A stretch of 64,000 nucleotides of DNA from an uncultured Candidatus Saccharibacteria bacterium (lineage in GTDB: Bacteria > Patescibacteriota > Minisyncoccia > Minisyncoccales > MHMH01), in assembly GCA_964482335.1 (NCBI GenBank), contig CAYZXA010000001.1, forward strand, positions 24,983 to 88,982, read 5' to 3'. The translations under genes and the position numbers were made by a program. The notes beneath the pieces are model-generated. The model had not been told where the DNA came from, ran no database searches, and worked only from the letters and a program-made list of their open reading frames with translations. This document shows, piece by piece, positions 63,928-64,000 of the stretch. Each line of letters begins with the position of its first letter. Positions within the stretch are counted from its first letter, which is position 1.

Positions 63928-64000
63928 GAGTTATAATAAAAACAATCTCATTTAAGTTAAAAGGAGGTAAACTTATGAGTAACAAGGGTAATAGTTTCTC

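Noticed and set aside
1-64000. CRISPR arrays, rRNA genes, transposases or integrases
   Set aside because: No direct-repeat/spacer periodicity, no rRNA-like conserved stretches, and no recognisable transposase or integrase motifs were seen

Overview
The window is a low-GC, tightly packed chromosomal segment with the gene content of a Candidate Phyla Radiation (Patescibacteria, probably Parcubacteria) bacterium. It carries the str operon (rpsL, rpsG, fusA, tuf) followed by the S10-spc-alpha ribosomal superoperon; L30 is missing between rpsE and rplO. The secE-nusG-rplK block is not followed by rplA. Other core genes present are alaS, proS, pheST, gatCAB, gyrB, murA, two mreB copies, frr, holB, mnmA, tpiA and three tRNAs. 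Most core genes have no Shine-Dalgarno (SD) sequence, and several look leaderless. Against that background a few segments stand out, each with canonical AAAGGAGG ribosome-binding sites and higher GC. The first is a 1.1-kb structured unit upstream of alaS (consensus promoter, SD-sequestering hairpins, short uORFs and a 117-aa basic protein). The second is an accessory insertion between rpsI and murA (a lone Cas4-like nuclease, a PEGA-domain protein, a small ORF and a NUDIX hydrolase). The third is a pyrF-pyrE island downstream of tRNA-Met and tRNA-Asp. The finding I rate highest is a four-gene cluster dcd / MtrA-like corrinoid-protein homologue / divergent ThyA-family thymidylate synthase / deoC. 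It places a methanogen-type cobamide-binding methyltransferase-subunit homologue inside a dTMP-synthesis operon. Other observations are a stop-codon-anchored repeat present three times with compensatory stem changes, a recurrent TTGACA-N17-TAAGAT promoter, a divergent second adenylate-kinase paralogue, an RpoA that lacks the alpha C-terminal domain, and two candidate structured non-coding regions. There is no rRNA, CRISPR array or recognisable transposase.
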